DNA of 64,000 bases. It comes from Neoechinorhynchus agilis (taxonomy: Eukaryota; Animalia; Acanthocephala). Positions 48,767-59,067 of this stretch are shown piece after piece; within the stretch, counting starts at the first letter, position 1, and the number at the start of each line of letters is the position of its first letter. The notes beneath the pieces are model-generated. The model did not search any database and was not told the origin of the DNA. It saw nothing but the letters and a program-made list of their open reading frames with translations. The DNA lies in contig CM121342.1 in the NCBI GenBank assembly GCA_051530055.1, forward strand, positions 5,517,489-5,581,488, given 5' to 3'. The position numbers were made by a program, and so were the translations under genes.

Positions 48767-51286
48767 TTAAATAGAAACGCGAGTGATTTGAACATCTCCA
48801 ATATCTTCGTATTCCTTCTTTAGTTTTTCAAGTTCGACGCTCAAGTTTGCCAATTCGTCTCGCCTGTAAAACTCTTTGCTTTTAGCTTCAATATCTTTCT
48901 TGCAAGCTTCCTTCTTTTCCTCAATGCTTAGTCGGCTTCTCTCAAACATTTCGATGGTATCAAAATACTTTTGGTCCAACTCAACAACTGGACCAGGTAA
49001 ACGGGCCTTAAAATCGAGCCCAAGCAGTTTTGTAATGTTGCATAAGGAATCGTAGTTTGACTCACGGAGCTGGTTAAGCAACTTGTCTCTTTCTTCTACT
49101 AAAGACTTCAGATATCTGTAATTGTTTCTTCTCTTTGAACAAAGAAATTTAGTGACAAAATAAAAGAGTTAAAAAGACTCACGTGTTTATATTTCACGTA
49201 GTCGTGGTGTCTTAAAGGAAGAGTGTGGTCGAAATCAAAGATTTATAAGAATAAAAACGTCTGTATTTCAATTAAAGATTCAGATTTTTAAAATTGGGGT
49301 TGCGCGGAGAAGCTAAACATTTATAAAGGGCTGAAGAAAAACTGAACTATTGCCTTTAATTGTGTCTAGTGGACAAATGCAACCTTATCGAGACGCCAAA
49401 GATTGTTGTTATTTGAAGATTGAATTGTTCATGTTTGGCATGTAAAAAATAAAAGAATTTTTAATTGAATCCGATTGATTTCAACACCCTTGATAAAAAA
49501 ACTTACAAGAAACCTACGCCATTTAAAAAAACAAATTATTGTTGTGTCACATCAAAAACAAATCCTTCGGGATGGTAAATATTGAATGGTGGTGATGGAA
49601 TAAAACACATTAACAATGACTGATGAGGCGAGGTTTCCTCTTTCGAAATATTTCATAATAATAAAGGAACCTCTATTCCTTTCATCGTCCCCCCCCTCTT
49701 CATTTTTCCATACTTTCAAATCTTCTCCGATATCAGAACTTGAAATGAACCTGAGGAAAGATTCAAACCTCATAAACTCTCCTTCGTACGATAACCACCA
49801 ACTTTCACATTCATTTAACCTCTCATTTCGTTCAAGTGTTCACGAAGACTCAGATTTAGATGGTTCCTCTACTTTTAACAATAAAACGTATTATAATCCC
49901 AATTCATTTCATCTTCCTCTACTTCCGCTCCTTTTTCCATACTGCCAAATCTTCTCCGATATCAGAACTTGAAATGAACCTGAGGAAAGATTCAAACCTC
50001 ATAAACTCTCCTTCGTACGATAACCACCAACTTTCACATTCATTTAACCTCTCATTTCGTTCAAGTGTTCACGAAGACTCAGATTTAGATGGCTCCTCTA
50101 CTTTTAGCAATAAAACGTATTATAATCCCAATTCTTTTCATCTTCCTCTACTTCCGCTCCTTTTTCCATACTGCCAAATCTTCTCCGATATCAGAACTTG
50201 AAATGAACCTGAGGAAAGATTCAAACCTCATAAACTCTCCTTCGTACGATAACCACCAACTTTCACATTCATTTAACCCCTCATTTCGTTCAAGTGTTCA
50301 CGAAGACTCAGATTTAGATGGCTCCTCTACTTTTAGCAATAAAACGTATTATAATCCCAATTCTTTTCATCTTCCTCTACTTCCACTCCTTTTTCCATAC
50401 TGCCAAATCTTCTCCGATATCAGAACTTGAAATGTACCTGAGGAAAGATTCAAACCTCATAAACTCTTCTAAAAACAATACTCGACTGAACCTTCCAACC
50501 CGACCGGACTCGTAATTCTACTCCAAAATCAACAACGGATTCATTGACCAAATCCGAAATCGAATGTTAATGAGGACGCAAATGTTGGATTAAGAAATAA
50601 ACGTGTTATTATTACTAAACTGAGATTATATTCAAAAACTGTTGAAAAGATTGTTGTGTTATATAAACGTTCGGCTAAGATAACCCGATTGGACCGCGCA
50701 AATTTTAGCTGAATGTTCCTTATTAATTAAAAACGTTCTCCCTTTCGACCACTACACCTCTTTACCCGAATATCAGCAGTCAGACAAACAACTAAATAGT
50801 TTCCAATTGGAGAAATAAGGTAAGAATATTCAGAAAAGACTCACTTTTATGCTCAATTGAATTTGGTTTACGTTGCAGACCACAAAACCGGCTGAATAAC
50901 GTTTCTCTGTACGAATTCATTATATTTCCCTAATTTTTGAGACCAATACAAAATTGGTGGCTCACATTCACTTACCGATCGATTGTAAGCCAAACTGCAT
51001 AACCTCTTTACGTTCGCGGAAGCACTAATCACCATTATTGATCGTTAAAATCAAATAAAAAAGCTCACTTTTGAAAAGATTGGCTCTTGTCGCAGTCATT
51101 AATGAACGTGTGGTCTACATCGATACCGTTGAAGCGTTCCGTATCAACTAATAATAGTAAGTGAAATGAACCAAAAAAGAGAGAATACTGACTAAGATCG
51201 ATTTGTCTAACCGGACGAGGCATTCTTGCGGTGGCAGACCTCCTCTGCCTTAGAAGGAAAACTAACTGTTTATTGACCCGAAGCAT
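48767..51286 (-). CDS. MRPS15: Mitochondrial ribosomal protein uS15m, 7 exons
   Basis: Presequence MLRVNKQLVFLLRQRR; NVKRLCSL; SIEHK|IVCLTADIR; YLKSLVEERDKLLNQLRESNYD; exon phases are consistent. Confidence 0.7.
49703..50470. repeat. 229-bp tandem repeat (about 3.3 copies) of LINE-like 3' sequence, inside the MRPS15 intron
   Basis: TCTTCTCCGATATCAGAAC at 49721, 49950, 50179 and 50408. Confidence 0.92.
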
Positions 51287-51441
51287 CGTCCCTATCTAAA
51301 AGCGACAAATTCGAAGATCCATCGAGTCTGACTGCGAGGACTAACCGTTAACAACTTGAGTTTCGAAACCACAAACGATTCCAGGGGTCTCAGAGGACTA
51401 ATGCTTTGTTTCTGCGTTCTTTCGTATCATTAATCGAACAA

Positions 51442-52611
51442 ATGTATTCCTGCGACAAAATAAATCGCTTGCAGTACAACGAAACAGAGCTGCTAGCGAC
51501 AGCCGAGGAAGGAGAGAAGCTAAGATTTTGCGGACGGTGGTGATTGCACGTTTTGTACTTTATTATTGTAAAACTTATTAAATTCGTCTTTGCGTCAAAA
51601 AATACGTCGCCACCGTGACGTGTTCTACTTTCTGTTTTTTAACATGTTTGAACATTGAACTAATTCTGATGCTTGTTTATAGTGGGTAAAAAATTAAAAG
51701 AATTTTGGTGGAATCCGATTGATTTTGGAGGCAAGAAACCTTGTGATTGTGCCTCCGAAATTAAATTCTTTTAGTTTTTATGTTTAATGTTAACGTTCGC
51801 CCTATTGTCCCGGTTTGCGTCCCGGTAAATAGAGATCCGGGCATAAAATCAATGAACTATTTGAAATTAGTGGACACTTTTCAATTTTCACATCAAGAAC
51901 AAATCCTTCAGGATGGAAAATATTGAATGGTAGTGGTGAACATATAATCCTGGTGATTAAAGATTCCTTTATTAAATTTATTTCGCTAGTAAGCATCTCG
52001 TCTCATTCAAAAAATGAGTATTTGTGATCCCAAGTTTTCCAAATAGAAAGAATACATTTGAGATTTAATCAGAGTTTATTAGCACTAAATGCTTTGCTAG
52101 AATAATTCCGCTCATTGATTTTAATAAAACTGAAGTTGGGGATATGCTGCCTACCATGGTGTTGGCCTTGGCTCAAACAGGATGTCGCGAACGAACCGGA
52201 ATTATATACGACCACCACGACCACCACCACGACCACCACCACGACCACGACCACCACGACCACCACCACGACCACCACCACCACGACCACCACCACCACG
52301 ACCACGACCACCACGACCACGACCACCACGACCACCACGACCACCACCACCACGACCACCACGACCACCACGACCACCACCACGACCACCACCACGACCA
52401 CGACCACGACCACCACCACGACCACGACCACGACCACCACGACCACGACCACCACCACGACCACGACCACGACCACCACGACCACGACCACGACCACCAC
52501 GACCACACCACGACCACCACGACCACGACCACGACCACCACCACGACCACGACCACGACCACGACCACCACCACGACCACGACCACGACCACGACAACCA
52601 CCACGATCACC

Positions 52612-52652
<41 letters not shown>

Positions 52653-52737
52653 CACCACGACCACCACCACCACCACGACCACCAATAGCTGTATCATCCT
52701 TTATTTTCCTTTCAAATTACACATAAAGGTGCACTAG
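51442..52737 (+). CDS. Putative 2-exon protein ending in His/Asp-rich then poly-Thr tracts
   Basis: Open frame 51352-51540, and an open frame from 52069 running into the repeat; phase-2 junction 51537 GT..AG 52082. No homology recognised. Confidence 0.35.
52208..52683. repeat. Mosaic (CAC/GAC)n triplet repeat, about 475 bp
   Basis: Almost only CAC and GAC triplets; one 1-nt slip at about 52505. Confidence 0.97.
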
Positions 52738-53179
52738 TTCTTTGTTGTGCCCAAAGAAAGTAATGTCTTGAACATTGATCGATGAGTTCTAAAACGGCAG
52801 CCGATCCAATCAGACCGGACATAATGACTGGCGATACGACTTGTGACCGGTATTTGAGTGTTAAGAATGAATTTTCCAAAGCAAAAGAGCAGGTACAGCG
52901 TATGAGTTGCCACAAAAGTGCCACGATGTATCCAGATAGAAACAAGAGTGCACAGAATCGATTCAGTTTAACGTAACGAATGCTATGGTAAAGAATCAAT
53001 TGGGAAATGATTAAGATCATGGTGCTGATAGCCAATGGGATGTCGACGAACTGAACGTGGTTACCTTGTTCCTTAAGAAGCATAATCTCGTACACAATGC
53101 TAAGCCATATTAAGATCATTCGAAGTTGAAAAATAATGAGTTGAACGCATATGAACATGGCGTTGAAGCGAGATTGCAT
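52712..53179 (-). CDS. Uncharacterised multi-pass (about 4 TM) membrane protein
   Basis: 155-aa ATG ORF with several hydrophobic segments. Confidence 0.5.
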   Translation of the reverse strand: MQSRFNAMFICVQLIIFQLRMILIWLSIVYEIMLLKEQGNHVQFVDIPLAISTMILIISQLILYHSIRYVKLNRFCALLFLSGYIVALLWQLIRCTCSFALENSFLTLKYRSQVVSPVIMSGLIGSAAVLELIDQCSRHYFLWAQQRTSAPLCVI

Positions 53180-53436
53180 TGGTGAATTTTAAGTTTTCAC
53201 AAAATCACGGCAAACATGAAGTGAATAAAAATCGATCCCAAACGATACGTGACATTTTTCTCTTGTCGGAATATTCGACAAAAAACCCACACACGAGAGT
53301 TGATACTTGAAATCGACTAATAGTCGACAACAATATAGTCGGAGCCTTCGCGGTACAATGCGGTTTAAGCGTGAAATTGATTTTGGTCAAAAAATCAACT
53401 AATCGACTAAAAAACCATTTTACTAACCATAGAAAA

Positions 53437-53969
53437 GGAGATTGTGGGTATTGAGGAGCTTAGAGATCGCTCTCAAACTCAACTCCTTCTCTCGCCTATT
53501 CTTCATTTAGGATTCAGCAGACTCTCAAGCAACTAAATTTTATCCGTCTAACAGTACAAAAGTTTGCATGTGAAATAAACACAATAAAAAAGTGGTCGTT
53601 TACTAGTCTTATTTAGCAAAATGACCGAAAAGGACAAAGAGAAATGTATGATTCTCAATGAGGGAGATTGTGGGTATTGAGGAGCTTAGAAATCGCTCTC
53701 AAACTCAACTCCTTCTCTCGCCTATTCTTCATTTGGAATTCAGCAGACTCTCAAGCAACTAAATTTTATCCGTCTAACAGTACAAAAGTTTGCATGTGAA
53801 ATAAACACAATAAAAAAGTGGTCGTTTACTGGTCTTATTTAGCAAAATGACCAAGAAGGACAAAGAGAAATGTATGATTCTCAATGAGGGAGATTGTGGG
53901 TATTGAGGAGCTTAGAAATCGCTCTCAAACTCAACTCCTTCTCTCGCCTATTCTTCATTTAGGATTCAG
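53437..53969. repeat. 226-bp tandem repeat, about 2.4 copies
   Basis: GGAGATTGTGGGTATTGAGGAGC at 53437, 53663 and 53889. Confidence 0.92.
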
Positions 53970-54040
53970 AAGAGTCGAACTCTCACATAAATAAAACCAA
54001 ATTGTAAAACTGTTCATCATTTTAACCTTTTTGTAACGAA

Positions 54041-54174
54041 TTATCAAATAATTGATATATTTGATAATTTTAGGCCTTTGCGTAGGCCTTTTTCAAATTT
54101 TTTTTGCAAAACAGTAGACTTAAGAAGGCCTACGCGAAAACCGAAAATTATCAAATAAATCAATTATTTGATAA
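54041..54174. repeat. MITE-like hairpin with about 50-bp imperfect arms
   Basis: TTATCAAATAATTGAT..TTTGATAATTTT..GCGTAGGCCTT versus AAGGCCTACGC..AAAATTATCAAAT..CAATTATTTGATAA. Confidence 0.75.
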
Positions 54175-54212
54175 AAGTAAATAAAACCATAGTCAACTTA
54201 CCCAAGAAAAAA

Positions 54213-54370
54213 GTGAAACGTATGGGGCCTTGTGAGGGTCGGCACTGGCCCCCCTCCTGAAGGACTTGGGGAAACGAATCAACGCGGCGACTGGAGATCC
54301 AAGATCGACTTCGTTCCTCGCCCAAAAATTAGGAATGCGGCCAGCATTTTGGCCAGCGCCGATGAATAGG
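54213..54370 (+). mobile_element. CRE-like RLE C-terminal fragment
   Basis: ETYGAL*..PLLKDLGKRINAATGDPRSTSFLAQK; near-identical to 13695-13832. Confidence 0.7.
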
Positions 54371-54602
54371 AGCGGGGAGGTTAGATCAAAAAAATCCCTC
54401 AATAACTCTCAAGTACATTAATTTTGTTTCAAATTCGAGTATTCATGAAAATCCAAAGATGCATTGTTCCTTTTGTTTGTTAATTTTTTTAGTAATATTC
54501 TCCAATTTGAAATGGTTTTGTGTGTTGGTGTGGAGGGATGCGGAACAGAAAGCTTCTCTAAGTTTATTGACAAAATATATATGCACAAATCGAGTGACTG
54601 GA

Positions 54603-55181
54603 TCACAATATACAAAGAAGAGTTGATATAATTATCCGGCGGAAGGTATGTTCACTCCTTACCTGAATTGCTTCGTTTTTCTCTAGATATTCTCCGTTAC
54701 AAAGCATGCTATCGCACTCCTTTTCATACTCCACTTCGTACTGTAAAACAGATCCTCGTGGCTTTGAAGCTCGTCGATACCTTCCATAGCCATGTTTATC
54801 ATTATCGTTTTGATTGCGTCCACCCATCAATAGCAAATCCACAAGCTTCTGCTGTTTGTCTTCTAGTATAAACTTGCTAGTCGGAGCACAGCTCCTAACG
54901 AACCTTCTTTCTTTTGACAGTTTGTTTTTGAGAATATAAAATATACAATATGATCGATGATTTGTGTGGCCAGACGTTCGAGTCATTAGTTCGGTGCAAT
55001 TGACAATATCAAGATCAGAAGTGCGATAAGCACATGGATCGTCGATGAAGTTCAACTTCGATCCAGCAATAACGGTGTCGCAACTGTAACATATTAGGTC
55101 CGGTCTCGGCTCAACGATAGAGATTTGGTTCAGGGAGTGTTTGGTCAAAGTGACGAGCAACATTAAATGAAGGAGCTTCAT
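54603..55181 (-). CDS. Secreted, probably GPI-anchored Ly6/uPAR (quiver-like) three-finger protein
   Basis: Signal peptide, LICYSCD, spaced Cys, ECDSMLCN end motif, hydrophobic C-terminus. Confidence 0.75.
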   Translation of the reverse strand: MKLLHLMLLVTLTKHSLNQISIVEPRPDLICYSCDTVIAGSKLNFIDDPCAYRTSDLDIVNCTELMTRTSGHTNHRSYCIFYILKNKLSKERRFVRSCAPTSKFILEDKQQKLVDLLLMGGRNQNDNDKHGYGRYRRASKPRGSVLQYEVEYEKECDSMLCNGEYLEKNEAIQVRSEHTFRRIIISTLLCIL

Positions 55182-55299
55182 TAACGACTAACCATTGCTT
55201 AGGACTTGTCTAAAAATCAAGAGAGGGATGTATTAAGGTTTCCTTATACTTTAGAACACTCAATGGGAAATCTCGACACGGTCAAGAGTCTGTATTTTG

Positions 55300-56160
55300 T
55301 TATTTTTACGAATCGGTAAACGGTTATTCGTTCGAACATAGACTTGGCCTGTTGAAGAAACCCTGATGACCGGCTATTAAGAGTTGGAAGAGACGTCAAT
55401 CTCGTGCCGGGAACACTAACTGATAGATTTACCGCCTCGGTTGTTTAGACTAGTCGGGATGTAACCTGGTTCCATGCTGAGTATTAGAAAACGAAACCGG
55501 GTTCCTCAATGTACCTGTCCGAGAAGCCAGTTTTATACTCTATCGGTGCGTACTCGACCCGGACCGTTTGCTTAGGTCATGTGTCAAGACGCTCTCTTGC
55601 CTCCTCTAGTGATATTTTCTTATTGACAGGGACAACCACAAAACAGTCGAGGACTTTTGAGATTCAAGGAATGCTTAGGGGACCCATAAATACGACCCGG
55701 ATTGGTTTCAAGATAATCGACACGAATTCGAAAATCTCTCACGTCCAGAAACCTTCCATATTGATGAATAATGCGTGAATTTGTGAGTCGAATGAAGGCA
55801 AACAGGAAATGGCAGCAATCCCCCTGTTAAAGTGGTCGATTGTGCAAAATTGAAACAAATACTTTAATCGGGTACAGGGAAATCGAAATGGCAAACGTTG
55901 TAGAGACCTATTCGAACAAAAAGACAATAACACTTTGAGGCAATTTCTGGAATTCACATACCTGTTTCCTACGACTGACTTGGGTACTTTATCTTCCCTT
56001 CGTTGGCGTACACAGCTTCCTTTAACTAGAATTTCCTCAGACTGCAAGGCAAGACTGTTGCTCAGTCGGAACGTCTACAGTCGGACTACAGAGTTGAGTG
56101 GCAAGAGGTTGTGTTATGTCTCCTGTCCTAAGCGGCCTGTAACTGATCCCTGGACAACTT
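55300..56160 (-). mobile_element. Decayed coding-like remnant, possibly a retroelement ORF1
   Basis: Broken frames such as HQYGRFLDVRDFRIRVDYLETNPGRIYG; higher GC than flanks; no intact ORF. Confidence 0.25.
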
Positions 56161-59067
56161 AGCAACATCACTTGTTCTCGGTATGGACGGTTCGGTCTGT
56201 GGAAAATAAACTAGAACCATTTTGTTAAATGAGGACTACAGTTTTTTTTCACAATTAGGACTGAAAACCAACCGAGTTTTGTCCGAAAAAGACGATTAGT
56301 TCGGATTTAATCGTGAAATCCCCGTTTCTACCCACTGCGGAAATTTTAGTGTTTAAGTTTTAGAATGGTTGTTCAGTTAGTAATCATGCACAGCCTTTGG
56401 ATTCAATGGATACCATTTCGACAAATTTCAACTTGGTCAATTAATTCTTAAATGTTACTGGTGAGCCGGATCGTTTTTATTTCAGATTATTGCATCCCTT
56501 CGTCGGTTTTTGACATAAGATTCATCGAAGTCTACAATCACTTCTCTAATATGTATAAGAAATCCAAAATCCGAGGACTCGGGATGTAATAACCTGAATT
56601 GGTCAATTAACCCAATATCAAGTACTGCCCCCACAATTTACGAAAAGCAACTAAAAGTGATTTTCACGTGGAAAATGTGTACAATTTAAGCTTGCAATAA
56701 TTTTTTTCTATGCGAATTAAATGCTCATTGATTTTTAAAACGGGATGCGTAGAATTCATACTTTTTTTATGAAGTGTGTTAAGGAGAGGGACGAATTTTT
56801 GTTTGCAAATATACTTTAATCGATTGATTTGAATGAAAATCGCTTAAAAAGCTACCAGACGGTCTATCATTCACAGGATGGCCAAGTATTTCTACGGTCT
56901 ACCGAAACCGTCCCACCTGTGCTATTTACTAGCGAGATGAAGCGTAAAATCATCATGGGTTTTTTTTCACAAAAATACTACGGATTAACTTCATAAGAGC
57001 AAGAAAAAGAGGTTCTCTGAGCAAAATAAACTCACATCTCTCTTTTGCGGCACTCGTTTTTTTTGTCTATCAGCGTTGGGGTGTTGATGAAAGATCTCTT
57101 TTTTCGTGTTTGAAGTGCAGGAAGTTAATAGAAAAATCATATTTGAAAAGTTTAAAGTGTTTCAAGCCGCGTGCCTTGCCCATTCACGCGAAAAATCAGC
57201 ACAAGTACGCCGATTCTCTTGGACGATTTTAATTAATCATCATAGCCTAATGCATAAATGAATGCTCTGGTCAAGCTTGAGAAGATTGACATGCTAATCT
57301 AATTTTCTTTTGATCAGTTCGAGATGTCTAGGTGGCAAAACTATATGGACTAGTAAAATTATCAAGAGCGGACATCGTCGATTTACCATCAAACAAAAAA
57401 GGAGGAATATTTGTGAGAGTTCCGATTGGGAAACCGTCTCTGTCAACAGCGCTCTAATCACAGGAAACAATTTGGTATACTGTAAGACCCATTTGAAATG
57501 CTGATGGGGGGAAATGCCCGTGGCATCTTTACTTCCTACGTCGAGCTGCTCACTTTATTATAGAGATCTTCTTCGATGGTCTATGTCAAGGTCTCCACCA
57601 CATCGACTAAACTAAAATAGCCATGAAACAACATTCAATTATGGTGTGAACTTTTTTTTTTGTAGGGGATGCAATTTCATTTGAAGTGCACAATTCAACA
57701 CGTCGAAGCCCTTGAGGGTCCTTCGAGCAATCGCAACAACGGCTTTGCTTGTGTTTCCAACTCATTTGGCACCAACCAAAACAAAATTAATCTCAAAAAT
57801 TAAGTTCAGCAGTCCAATATTTCGCTACAATGCGTCCTCTATACACAACACATTTTTAACATTCGATGTACGGATCACAGAAATAATAAAAGCACGCCAA
57901 TTGGCGAAGACGCTAGCAATATTAAAGGGATTGCTTTTGGTGCACTTTTTATCGGGTCGTTGGTGCGATCACTCTCTTCTCTGGGGGATCATCCATCTTG
58001 ATGCCAGAAAGATAAACAGTGGATTATGTAAATTCCAAAAAAAAGATAACTGAATGTTTCCCAAAATACTGTGAAAACCTTGGTAGGAAAACGAAAATGC
58101 TTAGCTCCAAAAGGTATAAGTTGTCTTCAATTTTAAAAAACTCGATGGTGTTCATTGGCCCTTGGCTTGTAAAGACCAATTCTGAAATGCAAACAACAAG
58201 TGTAAATGTATGGATCAATAATAAATGGCCGTCAACTTTGATCGTTCAAAGATCCATTTATCTAATCATTCATAAAAATAGAAAATGATTCCTTCGATTT
58301 CTAACCAATTTGTACAAATATTAAGACACAGAAACATTTACGATTTTTGAGATTTGGTCATCATAATACTGGAGAGAAAATATTAGATATTTCGTAAGGA
58401 AGCTAATTATTTTCTATTCGGGACGTGACCTAAATTGAAAATCGAAAGGCGTCCTGGCGAAATAGTGATAAGTATCGTTATTTACGGTGTTCGTTTACGG
58501 ACACTGCAAATGTTGAACAATGAAATTTCTTAAATGTGACTTTGTGCTCTTTAGTTCACTTCATTATGCCACGATTTCAAAACGTTTTTATCGAGACAAA
58601 AATTTCATTTCCCCGCAATTCATGCTATCTTGTAAGACCTAAAAAGCTGTATAATATCTAGAACAGAATCGGTGCCAGTTCTAGTTCTCGATTCAGCTGG
58701 AAAACTGTTTGATTTGCCCTTAAACGGAAACTATAGTTCGCGAGATGTCAAGAGCATCTATGATTCCAATCAGTCTCGAATTCGACAATAAGATAAGATC
58801 AATGTGAAAGTTAAAGACAAAAGAAAATGTAATCAACTATCAGTATATTGCACTCCCGATAATTTGATTTTTTAGACAGATTAACGCTGGTACTTTAAGG
58901 AAGACTCAGTCACCGCGGATACCAACGCTCCAGGAAACACTGGCGACAAAAAAACTCCTTAAAATCACCTCATCGATGTGATCGAAATAAAAACTAATGA
59001 AGAAGTTAGAGTTTAAATCGTGGTGTGATCATAATCCGACTGATAAAAGAAAAATTGATATGAGAAA

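Noticed and set aside
52083-52300. LIV-1/ZIP zinc transporter call (Cys motif followed by His-rich tract)
   Set aside because: There is no room for the 8-TM domain before the next gene, and the resemblance to CPALL is weak.
52069-52697. Poly-Val, Trp/Ser and Gly/Arg ORFs
   Set aside because: These are antisense or alternative-frame read-outs of the triplet repeat.
55360-55400. CTGATGA followed by a hairpin as a hammerhead
   Set aside because: It has GAAG instead of GAAA, and stem I cannot form.
56200-58900. Possible gene; FACVSNSFGTNQNKINL at about 57.75 kb resembles an Ig-domain end
   Set aside because: I could not assemble consistent exons on either strand.
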